Source of the DNA: an uncultured Acidobacteriota bacterium
Lineage (GTDB): Bacteria > Acidobacteriota > Thermoanaerobaculia > UBA5066 > Gp7-AA6
DNA: 64,000 nt
Assembly: GCA_963764715.1 (NCBI GenBank)
Contig: CAVXTP010000014.1
Coordinates: 1 to 64,000 of the forward strand
Reading direction: 5' to 3'
Of the stretch, positions 9,673 through 19,720 are shown piece after piece. The notes under the pieces were generated by a model. That model was not told the DNA's origin, made no database searches, and saw nothing but the letters and a program-made list of their open reading frames with translations. A program made the translations under genes and the position numbers. Positions within the stretch are counted from its first letter, which is position 1; every line of letters begins with the position of its first letter.

Positions 9673-11973
9673 ATGAGCAGCATGCCCGGCGCCGGCGCGT
9701 ACCCCGGGAATCCGTCCCTGCCCAAGGAAGTCCGGGGCAAGATCCTGTCGACGTTTCGCCACACGCTGAACCTCTTCCGGGAAGGCAAGACCGACGACTG
9801 CGTGATCGGGTGCGACTTCATCCTGAAGATGGACCCGCGCTTTACGCCCGCCCGGCAGCTCATGGAGAAGGCGAAGAACCCGGCCGCCGCCGTCGACCTC
9901 GCGAAGCTCGAAGCGATCGTCGCCGCCACGCCGACGCCGCAGGAGCGCATGGGGTCCGTCGACGCCGACAAGCTCCTCGTCCGGGCCGCCGAAAGCCTGA
10001 ACGCCCGGGACTTCGCGGCGGCCATCGCGTCGGCCGAGCAGGTGCTCCAGGCGCTGCCCGGCAACCGCGACGCCACGGCGATCCTCACGAAGGCCAAACA
10101 GCGCCGGGATGCCGGCCCCCAGATCGACGCCGCCCGCCAGCGGGCGATGATGGCCCTCGAGTCGCGTCAGCCGGCCGAGGCGCGCGCCGCGCTCGAGAAG
10201 ATTCGGTCGATCGATCCGGACCATCCGTCCGTGGCTCTCCTCGAGAGCCGGCTGGCCGCGCTTTCCCCGAAGGAGGTCGGCGAATCGACCAACCCGGGCT
10301 TCGCGCTCCTCAAGGACGATTCCGCAGCCGCGGAAACTCCCTCCTTCGAGCTCGCGTCGACCGAGAGCTCCTTCGAGCTCGCGACGACCGGGAGCTCCGA
10401 TGAGGGCGGCCTCGGCAACCTCAGCCTCGACTCGCTCTCGCTCGACGAGCCGCTCGAGAGCCCTGCGGCCGTGCCGCCGCCGGATTTCGGGGGGCGGCCC
10501 CCGGGCGGGCCGCTCTCGCTCGACGAGTTCCCCGTCGCCGACTCCCCCCCGGCCTTCGCCTCCGGTCCGAGCGGGATGTGGAGCGACGCACCCGCAGAGC
10601 CCGAGCCCGAACCGACGCGGACGGCCGATGGATACCCGTCGGCCTTCAGCATGGGCGCGCCGGCCGAGACCGAGCCGGAAGCGCCCTCGCCCCAGCAGGA
10701 AATCGAGGGCCTCCTCGCCCGCGGCGACGACGCCGCCCGGACGGGCAACCGCCAGCAGGCCATCGAGGTCTGGTCCCGCATCTTCCTGATCGACATCAAC
10801 AACAGCGAGGCCGTCGGACGCATCGAGAAGGCGCGCCAGGAGATGGCGGAAGGCAACCGCCGCGTCGCCGAGAGCCTCCGCCACGGACGCGAGATGTTCG
10901 AGGCCGGCGACTTCACCGCCGCCCGCGAAGCCTTCCTCCAGGTCCTCGCCGTCGACGAGACCGACGCGACCGCCCGTTCCTACATCGACCGCATCGAGCA
11001 GGAGCTCGCCCGGCCCTCGGCGGGCCTCGATCTTTCGCGCAAGACCCCCCAGGGCGACATCCTCGCCGAGGAGCTGACCGAGGTCGCCGAGCCCGAGTTC
11101 GCCGAGCTCCCGATGCCCGAGCCGGCGAAGTCCGCGGCGGAGCCGGCGAAGGTGCGCGGCCCGGCCGACCGCCGGTTCGTGTTCGCGATCGGCGGGGCCC
11201 TCGTGCTCGCGATCGCGGTCGGCGGTTTCTTCCTGCTCCGGAAGGGCCCCGACCAGTCCGCTCCGGCGGCCGCCGCCGGCGGCCCGTCGCTCGAGCACGC
11301 GACCGAGCTCTTCAAGGACGGGAAGGTCCCCGAGACGATCGCCGAGCTCAAGAAGATCGGGCCGAGCCATCCCGACTACGCGCGCGCCCAGAAGCTGCTG
11401 GCCTCCCTGTCGCGCAAGACCGAGGCTCCCGACGCGTCGGCCGCCGGCGCCCCGGCGGCCGACGGCGGGGCGGAGAGCAGCCCGCCCGCGAGCGGACCGC
11501 CGCCGTCCGCGATCGCGCAGCGCGAAGCCGCCGAGAAGGCCCTCGAGGAAAAGCACTACATCGAGGCGCTCAAGAACTTCAACCTCGCCGCATCCGCCTA
11601 CTCGACGGATCCCTCCTTCGCGCAGTCGATGGGCGTCGCCTCCGACAAGGTCAACGAGCTGACGCCGGCCGTGAAGCTCTACAACGAGGCCGAGTACGAA
11701 ACGGCGATTCCGATCCTGTGGCGGATCTTCCAGGCCGACCGCACCAACCAGGACGCGCGCTCCTACCTGGTCCGCTGCTACTACAACCAGGGCATCGCCC
11801 AGCTCCAGAACGGCCTGTACCCCAAGGCGGCCGAGAGCTTCTCCGAGGTCATCGCCATCGAGCCGGGCGACGAGGACGCCGTTCGGCACAAGAAGTTCGC
11901 GGAGAGGTACCAGAAGGGCGACCTCGACCTGATGGGCCGCATCTACGTTCGTCACGTGCAACAGCGGCCGTAG
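9673..11973 (+). CDS. Single-pass membrane TPR protein with acidic/Pro-rich linker
   Basis: ATG 9673; helical TPR-like blocks, acidic low-complexity region, TM FVFAIGGALVLAIAVGGFFLL, C-terminal TPRs (YYNQGIAQLQNG). Confidence 0.8.
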   Translation: MSSMPGAGAYPGNPSLPKEVRGKILSTFRHTLNLFREGKTDDCVIGCDFILKMDPRFTPARQLMEKAKNPAAAVDLAKLEAIVAATPTPQERMGSVDADKLLVRAAESLNARDFAAAIASAEQVLQALPGNRDATAILTKAKQRRDAGPQIDAARQRAMMALESRQPAEARAALEKIRSIDPDHPSVALLESRLAALSPKEVGESTNPGFALLKDDSAAAETPSFELASTESSFELATTGSSDEGGLGNLSLDSLSLDEPLESPAAVPPPDFGGRPPGGPLSLDEFPVADSPPAFASGPSGMWSDAPAEPEPEPTRTADGYPSAFSMGAPAETEPEAPSPQQEIEGLLARGDDAARTGNRQQAIEVWSRIFLIDINNSEAVGRIEKARQEMAEGNRRVAESLRHGREMFEAGDFTAAREAFLQVLAVDETDATARSYIDRIEQELARPSAGLDLSRKTPQGDILAEELTEVAEPEFAELPMPEPAKSAAEPAKVRGPADRRFVFAIGGALVLAIAVGGFFLLRKGPDQSAPAAAAGGPSLEHATELFKDGKVPETIAELKKIGPSHPDYARAQKLLASLSRKTEAPDASAAGAPAADGGAESSPPASGPPPSAIAQREAAEKALEEKHYIEALKNFNLAASAYSTDPSFAQSMGVASDKVNELTPAVKLYNEAEYETAIPILWRIFQADRTNQDARSYLVRCYYNQGIAQLQNGLYPKAAESFSEVIAIEPGDEDAVRHKKFAERYQKGDLDLMGRIYVRHVQQRP
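10341..10398 (+). repeat. 27-bp in-frame tandem duplication inside the TPR gene
   Basis: CTCCTTCGAGCTCGCGTCGACCGAGAG and CTCCTTCGAGCTCGCGACGACCGGGAG, encoding SFELASTES and SFELATTGS. Confidence 0.8.
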
Positions 11974-11984
11974 GGTCCATCCGC

Positions 11985-12488
11985 GTGCGATCGAACGGCC
12001 CCCTCGACGACTTCCCCCTCTTCGACGCCGCGCGGAGCGACGGAGCGCCGAAGGAGACCGCCGCGGCCGCGCCGCCGCGGGGCGGGGCCGCTCCCCTGTC
12101 CTCCCGCTTTCCCGCGGCCGCCGCGGACGTCGCCCTGGTCCTGCTGCTCGCGGCCCTCGCGATCCTCGGCGCGCGGTTCGTGACCGGCCGGAGCCCGCGG
12201 CTTTCCGGGTACGGGTGGGTCGCCGCCTTCATCGTCTATCTCTGGGGCTTCTCGACGATCGTTCCGATCATGGCGTTCGGGCGGACCGTGGGGATGGCGC
12301 TGGCGGACCTCTCCGCCCGCCCGGACGGATCCCACGCGGGGCTGACGGCCGGCGCGGCGTTTCGCCGCTGGCTCGGCACGCTCGCCACCGTCGCCACCGG
12401 CGGACTCCTGCTTCTCTGGAGCGCCCGGGACCCCCAGGCGCCCACCCCGGCCGACCGGCTCTCCGGGTGCGCGTTGACCGTTGACTGA
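11985..12488 (+). CDS. RDD family membrane protein
   Basis: GTG 11985; RFPAAAAD motif, hydrophobic helices, GRTVGM and ADRLSG. Confidence 0.7.
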   Translation: MRSNGPLDDFPLFDAARSDGAPKETAAAAPPRGGAAPLSSRFPAAAADVALVLLLAALAILGARFVTGRSPRLSGYGWVAAFIVYLWGFSTIVPIMAFGRTVGMALADLSARPDGSHAGLTAGAAFRRWLGTLATVATGGLLLLWSARDPQAPTPADRLSGCALTVD

Positions 12489-14139
12489 GCCGCGTTCGTC
12501 GCTGCGCGTCGCGGTCGCGCAGATCGACACCACCGTCGGCGACTTCGAGGGAAACGCCGCCCGGATCCTCGAGGCCGGCCGGCGGGCGGAGCGCGAAGGC
12601 GCGGACCTCGTCCTCTTTCCGGAGCTGGCGGTGTGCGGCTACCCCCCGCGCGACCTGGTCGAGCGCCCGGCGTTCGCGGTTGCGAGCGAGAGGACGGCCG
12701 AGCGGATCGCGCGGGCCTCGGGCGCCGCGACCTGGATCTTCGGATCGCTCCAGCGCAACCGCGCGCGGACCGGCCGCCAGGTCTTCAACACGGCCGTTGC
12801 GGCGCGGGGCGGACGGCGCGTCGCGACGTACCGCAAGCGGCTCCTGCCGACCTACGACGTGTTCGACGAGGGACGGTACGTGGAGCCCGGCGAGCGCGGG
12901 CTCACGCTCAAGGTCCGCGGGCGACGCGTGGCCGTCACGATCTGCGAGGACATCTGGAACGACAAGACGTTCTGGCGGCGGCCGCTCTATCCGACGGATC
13001 CCGTCGCGGAGTTGAAGCGGGACGGAGCCGACCTCCACGTCAACATCTCGGCTTCGCCGTACTCCCTCGGGAAAAATCAGCTCCGCAAGAGGATGATGGC
13101 GCAGATCGCCCGCCGGACGCGCGTTCCCCTCGTCCACTGCAACCTGGTGGGCGGCAACGACGGCCTCGTCTTCGACGGCGCCTCGACGGCGTTCGACGCG
13201 GCCGGCCGGCTCACGGCGGCGGGGAAACGCTTCGCCGAAGACTTCTGGACGATCGAGGTCCCGGGCGGACGCGGGCCCTCGGAACCGGCGGACGCCGCGA
13301 TGCCGGGCCTGCGCCGGGCGCTCGTGCTCGCGCTCTCCGACTACGCCGCCAAGTGCGGATTCCGCACGGCCGTGCTGGGCCTTTCGGGCGGCATCGACTC
13401 GGCCGTGTGCGCGGCCCTCGCGGTCGAGGCCCTCGGCCCGGCCCAGGTCCACGGCGTCGCGATGCCGGGCCCCTACTCCTCCGAGGGAAGCCTGCGCGAC
13501 GCGAAGGAGCTCGCGAAGCGCCTCGGGATCGCGTTCGAGGTCGTGCCGATCGGCCCCGTCTTCGACGCCTACCGCGCGACGCTCGCCTCCTCCCTCGGCC
13601 CGGGGGGAGGTCCGACGACCGAGGAAAACCTCCAGGCGCGCATCCGCGGCGCCATCCTGATGGCGCTTTCGAACCGCTACGGCCACCTCGTGCTGTCGAC
13701 GGGCAACAAGTCGGAGATCGCCGTCGGCTACTGCACGCTCTACGGCGACATGGCCGGCGGCTATGCCCTGATCTCGGACGTGCCGAAGACGATGGTCTAC
13801 GCGCTGGCCGAAGAGCTCAACCGCGAGACCGAGTGGATCCCGCGGGCGACGATCGAAAAACCTCCCTCCGCGGAGCTGCGGCCGAACCAGCTCGACACCG
13901 ACTCGCTGCCTCCGTACGACGTCCTCGATCCGCTGATCGAGGCCCTCGTCGACCGGGCCCTCCCCCCGGCCCGGGCCGCGCGGGCGGCGAAGGTTCCGCT
14001 CGCCCTGGCGCGCGACATCGCCCGCCGGATCGACGCCGCCGAGTACAAGCGATTCCAGATGGCGCCGGGGCCCAAGGTCACCGAGCGCGCGTTCGGCGAA
14101 GGCCGGCGCTACCCCATCGCCCAGAAGTTCCGTGGCTGA
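12481..14139 (+). CDS. nadE: Glutamine-dependent NAD+ synthetase
   Basis: Nitrilase domain (FPEL, KRLLPTYDVFDE, ICEDIW) plus synthetase domain (LGLSGGIDS, NLQARIR, STGNKSE, PPSAEL). Confidence 0.97.
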   Translation: MTEPRSSLRVAVAQIDTTVGDFEGNAARILEAGRRAEREGADLVLFPELAVCGYPPRDLVERPAFAVASERTAERIARASGAATWIFGSLQRNRARTGRQVFNTAVAARGGRRVATYRKRLLPTYDVFDEGRYVEPGERGLTLKVRGRRVAVTICEDIWNDKTFWRRPLYPTDPVAELKRDGADLHVNISASPYSLGKNQLRKRMMAQIARRTRVPLVHCNLVGGNDGLVFDGASTAFDAAGRLTAAGKRFAEDFWTIEVPGGRGPSEPADAAMPGLRRALVLALSDYAAKCGFRTAVLGLSGGIDSAVCAALAVEALGPAQVHGVAMPGPYSSEGSLRDAKELAKRLGIAFEVVPIGPVFDAYRATLASSLGPGGGPTTEENLQARIRGAILMALSNRYGHLVLSTGNKSEIAVGYCTLYGDMAGGYALISDVPKTMVYALAEELNRETEWIPRATIEKPPSAELRPNQLDTDSLPPYDVLDPLIEALVDRALPPARAARAAKVPLALARDIARRIDAAEYKRFQMAPGPKVTERAFGEGRRYPIAQKFRG

Positions 14140-14815
14140 CTCGTCCGAGAAGTACGCCTGGAAGGAGATTCCGGGCTCCTCCCACGCGCTCCTGCGCGAG
14201 CGCGTGCTCGCGATGCCCGGAAGACTTCGACTGCTCGACCTCGGCGCCGCGGGCGGGCACCTCGGCCGCGCCGTGCGCGCCCGGTGCGCGTACATCGCGG
14301 GCGTCGAGCCCGACGCCTCGCTGCCGTCGTCCTGCCGCGAGGGCTACGACGACTGGCGCGCCGTGGATGCGCTGGCGGCGGGGAGCTGGGAGGCGCCCTT
14401 CGACGCGGTCGTCTGCGCCGACGTGCTCGAGCACCTGCCGCGACCCGAGGACCTCCTCGCTCGCATCCGGGCGTGGCTCCGGCCGGGGGGCATGCTGCTG
14501 GTGTCGGTGCCGAACGTCGCCAACGTCACGGCGCGCGTCGCCCTCCTGATGGGACGCTTTCCCTATGCCGAGCGCGGCATCTTCGACCACACGCACCTGC
14601 GCTTCTACACCCGCCGGTCGGCGCGGCAGCTCGTCGAGGACGGCGGATTCCGCGTGCGCTCGGTCGCCGCGACAGCGATGCCCTACGAGCTCGCCGTTCC
14701 CGTCCTCGGGCGGGCGCCGCTCGCCGCGCCCGTGCGGGGATTCGCCCGGGCGACCGCCCGGCTCTGGCCGACGCTCTTCGGCTACCAGATCGTGATCGAG
14801 GCCGAGCGGCCGTGA
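14132..14815 (+). CDS. Class I SAM-dependent methyltransferase
   Basis: LLDLGAAGG motif I, FDAVVCADVLEHL, LRPGG, VSVPN and DHTHLRFYT. Confidence 0.88.
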   Translation: MADSSEKYAWKEIPGSSHALLRERVLAMPGRLRLLDLGAAGGHLGRAVRARCAYIAGVEPDASLPSSCREGYDDWRAVDALAAGSWEAPFDAVVCADVLEHLPRPEDLLARIRAWLRPGGMLLVSVPNVANVTARVALLMGRFPYAERGIFDHTHLRFYTRRSARQLVEDGGFRVRSVAATAMPYELAVPVLGRAPLAAPVRGFARATARLWPTLFGYQIVIEAERP

Positions 14816-15525
14816 CCGCGAGCCTCGTCATCCCCGCCTACAACGAGGCGAACCGGATCGAGGCCTGCGTGCGCGGCGTCGCGGAGTGGACGCGCGGGCG
14901 GCCCGGCGGACACGCGTGGGAGGTTCTCCTCGTCGACGACGGGTCGACCGACGGCACGGCGGAACTCGCCCGCCGGTTCGCGGCCGCGGAGGGCCTCGCG
15001 CTGAACGTGATCGGGTACGCGAAGAACCGGGGGAAGGGAGCGGCCGTGCGGACCGGCGTCCTGGCCTCCTCCGGCGACCCCGTCCTGGTGTGCGACGCGG
15101 ACCTGTCGACGCCGCTCTCCGAGTGGTCGAAGCTCTCCGAGAAGCTCCCGACGCATCCGGTCGCGATCGGATCGCGCGCGCTCCAGCAGGACCTCGTGCG
15201 GCGCAAGCAGGCCCCCCACCGCGTCCTCCTGGGCCAGGCCGGCAACCGGCTCATCCAGCTCCTCGCCGTGCCCGGGATCCAGGACACCCAGTGCGGCTTC
15301 AAGCTCTTCCGGGCCGATGCCGCGCGCAGGCTCTTCCGCCGGACGCGCATCGACCGGTTCGCGTGGGACGTCGAGGTGCTGTACCTGGCTCGGAAAGAGG
15401 GGTTCCCGATCGCCGAGGTGCCGGTGCTCTGGTTCAACTCGCCGGAATCCAAGGTGCGGGTCGTGCGCGACGCCGTGCAGACGCTGTGGGACGTGCTGCG
15501 GATCCGGTGGGTGCAGCGGAAGTAA
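14812..15525 (+). CDS. GT2 polyprenyl-phosphate glycosyltransferase (DPM/DPG synthase-like)
   Basis: GTG overlaps the upstream stop; VIPAYNE, VDDGSTD, GKGAAV, DADL, DTQCGFK and FAWDVE. Confidence 0.92.
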   Translation: MTASLVIPAYNEANRIEACVRGVAEWTRGRPGGHAWEVLLVDDGSTDGTAELARRFAAAEGLALNVIGYAKNRGKGAAVRTGVLASSGDPVLVCDADLSTPLSEWSKLSEKLPTHPVAIGSRALQQDLVRRKQAPHRVLLGQAGNRLIQLLAVPGIQDTQCGFKLFRADAARRLFRRTRIDRFAWDVEVLYLARKEGFPIAEVPVLWFNSPESKVRVVRDAVQTLWDVLRIRWVQRK

Positions 15526-15553
15526 CGGACGGCGGACCGCGGACGGCCGACGC
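15526..15553. repeat. Heptamer tandem array
   Basis: CGGACGG CGGACCG CGGACGG CCGACGC immediately after the GT2 stop. Confidence 0.5.
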
Positions 15554-15684
15554 CGCTTCGGGTCGACTGCGCCAGCCGAGGAACAAAGGCGGGGAGGCCC
15601 TCGTCGCGCCGGTCGAAAAGGCGATGACGGAGCCCGCGAAGAAGTAAACCGGCGTCCCCGGGGTTGCCCCCTCGGCCGCCCCGC

Positions 15685-16167
15685 CTACGGCGCGCCCGCC
15701 TTCAGCCGCGAGAACGCCACCTCGTACGTCTCGTTGAGGCCGAGGTGACGGTACTCCCCGACGAGCGCGTCCGAGCCCGGATCGTAGACGAGCGCGTAGT
15801 TGTTCCCCGGGTAGCCCCGGTCCTTCAGCTCGACGAAGAGCAGGAGCCGTCCGGCGTCGGTTTTCCAGGCCGCGCGCGAGACGTGGATCGGCTGCGGGTT
15901 GAAGTATCTGGCCTCGATCGACCCGTCCGCGCCGGCGCTGGCGACCTCGATCGTGTAGTCGGAATCCGAGCGCTGCCAGCGGCCGACGAGGCGCCGGGGC
16001 TCCGCCGCGGAGTCCGCGGCCGTGGTCGGCGTCGGGGCGGCCGCAGCCGGCGGCGGCGCGGCCGGGACCGCGGGCTCGGCCTTCCGGCAGCCCGCGGGCG
16101 GAATCAGGACGGCCGCCAGAAAAAGCGAAGCCCGGAACCGCGCGCTCCCGTGTCGACGACGATGCAT
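15685..16167 (-). CDS. Hypothetical lipoprotein
   Basis: Signal with lipobox-like PAGC, Pro/Ala linker, beta-rich domain GRWQRSD...YFNPQPI...YPG. Confidence 0.75.
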   Translation of the reverse strand: MHRRRHGSARFRASLFLAAVLIPPAGCRKAEPAVPAAPPPAAAAPTPTTAADSAAEPRRLVGRWQRSDSDYTIEVASAGADGSIEARYFNPQPIHVSRAAWKTDAGRLLLFVELKDRGYPGNNYALVYDPGSDALVGEYRHLGLNETYEVAFSRLKAGAP

Positions 16168-16269
16168 GTCTTTGCGCCCCCGCCTGTTTCCGGGTCGTTC
16201 CTCGTCCGGTCCGAAGCCCCGCGATCATAAGCCGATCGGGCCGGCGTGCGGGGCGATAGCATCCCTCCC

Positions 16270-16653
16270 ATGCCGGTGACCTATCGCATCGACCCGGAGC
16301 TTCGCCGAATCGTGACGCAGTGCTCCGGCTCCGCCACGCTCGCCGAGGTCCTGGCGCATTTCGACGAGCTCGAGTCCGACGCGAACTGCCCGACCGGCGC
16401 CGACGTTCTCCTCGACCTCACGGAAATGACGTCCTCGCCCAACATCGGCCAGATGCGCTCGGCCGCCGCGCGCGCCGCCGACGCGGCCCGGAAGGTGCGC
16501 TTCGGCTCGATCGCCATCGTGGTCTCGACCGAGGTCCTCTTCGGGATGGCGCGGGTGTTCGAAGCCTTCACGGAAGCGTACTTCGCCCGCACGGGCGTCT
16601 TTCGGAGCCGGGAGGCGGCCGAAGCGTGGCTCCAGAAGCCCGGTGCAAACTGA
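16270..16653 (+). CDS. STAS/SpoIIAA-like small protein
   Basis: ATG 16270 after TAGCAT; VLLDLTEM, IAIVV, FGMARVF and VFRSREAAEAWL. Confidence 0.7.
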   Translation: MPVTYRIDPELRRIVTQCSGSATLAEVLAHFDELESDANCPTGADVLLDLTEMTSSPNIGQMRSAAARAADAARKVRFGSIAIVVSTEVLFGMARVFEAFTEAYFARTGVFRSREAAEAWLQKPGAN

Positions 16654-16770
16654 GCCCGGCCGAACCCGGGCTCGGCGAATCGCTTTGCAGGCAATACACT
16701 GTGTTCGTGAGGGCGCGGGAAGCCACGACGACACCGGCCGCGACGCCGCGCCATTGACCGCTCAAAAAGC

Positions 16771-17808
16771 TTGAAGCCGAGAGACCGCGCTGTCCGGGGG
16801 GCCCTGCTCGCCCTCGCTCTTCTCGCGCCCGGAGCTCCCCTCCTCGGCCAGAAGACGGACGTCGTCACCCTCGCCAACGGCGACCGGGTCACCGGCGAGA
16901 TCAAGTCCTATGCCTCGGGCCGGCTCACCGTCGACACGTCGCACTCGAGCTGGATCAAGGTCAAATGGAGCCTGATCACGTCGATCTCGTCGGACAAGCA
17001 GTACGACGTCGAGACGATCGACGGGCTCCATCATTACGGCGCACTGGCGCCGTCGGATCCGCCGGGCAAGCTCGTGATCGTCTCCGGACCGGAGACGGTC
17101 ACGGTCGACTTCTTCGACGTGTTCGGCCTCGCGCCCGTCTACCAGACGTTCTGGAAGCGCTGGGAAGGCTCGCTCGACGTGGGGTTCAATTACACCCAGT
17201 CGTCCAACCTCATCCAGTTCAACTTCGACTTCGAGGGAACCTACCGCGTCCGGGACGCCCAGTGGGTCACGGACCTGACGGCCTTCTTCAGCCGCCAGGA
17301 CGACGTGACGGCGGCCTCGCGCGGATCCTTCGGGCTCCGTTACGACCGCTTCATCGGGAAACGGTGGGTCCTCGAGGGCGGCCTGGGGCTCGACCGCAAC
17401 ATCCAGCTCGGGCTGGACCTGCGCGAGTCGCTGGGAGTCGGAGCCGGCCGCTACCTGATCCAGACCAACCAGACCTGGCTCGTCCTGGTCGCGGGCCTCA
17501 CCGGCAACCACGAGATTCCGGTCTCGGGGGCCGACACCAACAGCCTCGAAGGCGTCGTCGGCGGGCGCTACTCCTACTTCATGTACGACTTTCCCAAGCT
17601 CACCGTGGCCGCGGCGCTCGCCGTCTACCCCAGCTTCACGGTGTCCGGGCGCGTGCGCCTGGAGGCCTCGGCCTCGGTGAAGCGCGAGATCGTCAGCGAC
17701 TTCTATCTCTCGATCGCGATCTTCGACAGCTTCGACAGCCGCGATCCCACGACGCTCGAGCCCAGGAACGACTGGGGACCGACGCTTTCGATCGGCTGGC
17801 AGTTCTAA
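16771..17808 (+). CDS. DUF481-like outer-membrane beta-barrel protein
   Basis: Signal peptide, DVVTLANGDRVTGEIK N-domain, amphipathic strands, C-terminal SIGWQF. Confidence 0.8.
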   Translation: MKPRDRAVRGALLALALLAPGAPLLGQKTDVVTLANGDRVTGEIKSYASGRLTVDTSHSSWIKVKWSLITSISSDKQYDVETIDGLHHYGALAPSDPPGKLVIVSGPETVTVDFFDVFGLAPVYQTFWKRWEGSLDVGFNYTQSSNLIQFNFDFEGTYRVRDAQWVTDLTAFFSRQDDVTAASRGSFGLRYDRFIGKRWVLEGGLGLDRNIQLGLDLRESLGVGAGRYLIQTNQTWLVLVAGLTGNHEIPVSGADTNSLEGVVGGRYSYFMYDFPKLTVAAALAVYPSFTVSGRVRLEASASVKREIVSDFYLSIAIFDSFDSRDPTTLEPRNDWGPTLSIGWQF

Positions 17809-18416
17809 GGGCGGGCGCCGGGCTCCCCGAGCTTCCCTCGGAGCAGCTCTTCCGAGCCTCCGCCGAAGTGGCGGATCATCAACAGGGCCTTCGCCATCGG
17901 AATCTCGGTCGGGCGAACGCGGTCCGCCGGCAGGAAGTAGACCGAGCCGGACGCCGGGCTCGGCGCTCCCGGCACGTAAACCGCGCACTGGCCGTCCGCG
18001 TGCCTCTCCACGAGAAACGCGAGCTGCCAGGCATCTTCGATTCGCGCGAGGACGACCGCGAGCGCCTCCTCCCCTTCGACTCCCGTCGAGCCCTGCAGCA
18101 CGCCCTTGATCATGGCGTAGCCCGGCACCTTGCCGAGGATCGTCCACTCGAGCCATTCCCGGGTTCTGCGCCCGATGGCGGTCTGCGCGACCAGTCCCAG
18201 CACGAACGAGGCGATGACGATGACGATGGCGGAGAGGATCGTGGTCAGGCCCAGACCGAGGATCCGGTGATCCGGGAATCGGGCCGCCAGAGGTCCGACG
18301 ACCTTGGAGACGAGGTCCAGGCCCCGCCGGAGAACGAGCCCCATGAGGATGAGCGGAATCACGAAGAGGAGCCCGCCCACGATGGTGGCCCTCACGAACC
18401 GCGGAATCAGCCTCAT
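17805..18416 (-). CDS. DUF502 family membrane protein
   Basis: ATG 18416; GGLLFVIPL, two TM segments, KVPGY and VYVPGAPSPASG. Confidence 0.8.
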   Translation of the reverse strand: MRLIPRFVRATIVGGLLFVIPLILMGLVLRRGLDLVSKVVGPLAARFPDHRILGLGLTTILSAIVIVIASFVLGLVAQTAIGRRTREWLEWTILGKVPGYAMIKGVLQGSTGVEGEEALAVVLARIEDAWQLAFLVERHADGQCAVYVPGAPSPASGSVYFLPADRVRPTEIPMAKALLMIRHFGGGSEELLRGKLGEPGARP

Positions 18417-19720
18417 ACCGTCATCCGGCGGAAGCGTACCGCGACCGCCCCCGCGGCGAGCGGGGCGAGGCCGGCCGAGGTCCGCGGGAGCGACGTCCGG
18501 ATCAGCCACTCGGGCCCGCGGACGGCGAAGGCCGGCAGCAGGAGGTAGGCGGCCAGGCCGCAGGCGCAGAGCCCCAGCATCCAGCTCGCTTCGGGCGCCC
18601 GGCGTCCCAGCGCGACGAGCGCGGCGAGGAGCGCGAGCTCGGCCCAGCCGACCGGCCCCGGCAGCCGGACGGCGGCAACGATGGCGCTTCCCGCGTCGGC
18701 GAGAGAGAAAGCGGCGAGATCGAAGTCCCGGAGGGGAAGCGCCCCGCGCCACAGCACGTGCAGCCCCTGCACGACGAGGGCCGTCGGCAACGCCGAGAAC
18801 GCGGCCTTCCACCGGCGCTCCCCGCCGAAGAGGAGCGCGATCGCGCACCCGGCGGCCGCGAAGAAGAGCCCTTCGTTCTTCGTCGCGGTGATGAGCGCGG
18901 AGGCGACGGCGAGGCGGCGATAGGACCCCGGCTCCCCTTCGAGGGCGTCGCCGAGCGCGGCACCGAAGAGCAGCAGCCCGAGCGACAGCGGCACCTCCGC
19001 CATGCCCGTCAGGAACGCCGAGTACAGCGGCTCGAAGCACGCCAGGAGCGCCGCCGCGGCCCACGCCGTGCCGCGCGAGGCCCCGTGCCGGCGCAGCCAG
19101 CCGAAGAGGGCCGCGAGCGTCGCCAGCTGGAAGGCCGGGAAGAGGAGAGCCATCGCGTGGTCGTCCCACCCTCCCGCCAGGAACGAGACCCCGGCGTAGA
19201 GAAAGGGCAGCCCGATCGGATACTCGGGATGCGAGAAGCCGAAGCCGGGGTCTTCGACGAGATGCCGCGGCACCGCGCCCGCGGCGTGGATCGTCTTGCC
19301 CTTCAGGCCCCAGATCGCGACGAAGTCGTTCGACCACATCGGCTCGGTCAGGGCGCGGAGCAGGTAGAGCAGGACGCCGAGCGCGGCGAGGCCCGCGAGC
19401 AGAGGGACGACGCGTGCGGCGCCGGACTCGGCCGGGACCGGCGGCGGGGCGGCCTCCTTCACGCGCAGCAGACGGCCGGCCGCGGCCGCGCCCGCCGCGA
19501 GAACGAGGAAGGCGGGCCAGCCCGGAACCACGCGGGCGAGAAACGCCAGCGGAACCATCGCGGCCACGAGCGCCGCGCCGATCGCCCAGCTCCACCCGAT
19601 GCGCTCCGCCCGGTACGCGGGCCCGCGGGGGCAGACCGCCGGCGACGCCAGCCACCCCGCGATCGAGGCGGCGGCGGCGACCGCGGCGATCCGGGCGAGC
19701 GACTCGAGAAAGCCCGCCAT
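18413..19720 (-). CDS. Polytopic membrane protein, possible GT-C fold glycosyltransferase
   Basis: ATG 19720; about 12 TM segments; loop motifs WSNDFVAIWGLKGK, HPEYP and TKNEG. Confidence 0.6.
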   Translation of the reverse strand: MAGFLESLARIAAVAAAASIAGWLASPAVCPRGPAYRAERIGWSWAIGAALVAAMVPLAFLARVVPGWPAFLVLAAGAAAAGRLLRVKEAAPPPVPAESGAARVVPLLAGLAALGVLLYLLRALTEPMWSNDFVAIWGLKGKTIHAAGAVPRHLVEDPGFGFSHPEYPIGLPFLYAGVSFLAGGWDDHAMALLFPAFQLATLAALFGWLRRHGASRGTAWAAAALLACFEPLYSAFLTGMAEVPLSLGLLLFGAALGDALEGEPGSYRRLAVASALITATKNEGLFFAAAGCAIALLFGGERRWKAAFSALPTALVVQGLHVLWRGALPLRDFDLAAFSLADAGSAIVAAVRLPGPVGWAELALLAALVALGRRAPEASWMLGLCACGLAAYLLLPAFAVRGPEWLIRTSLPRTSAGLAPLAAGAVAVRFRRMTV

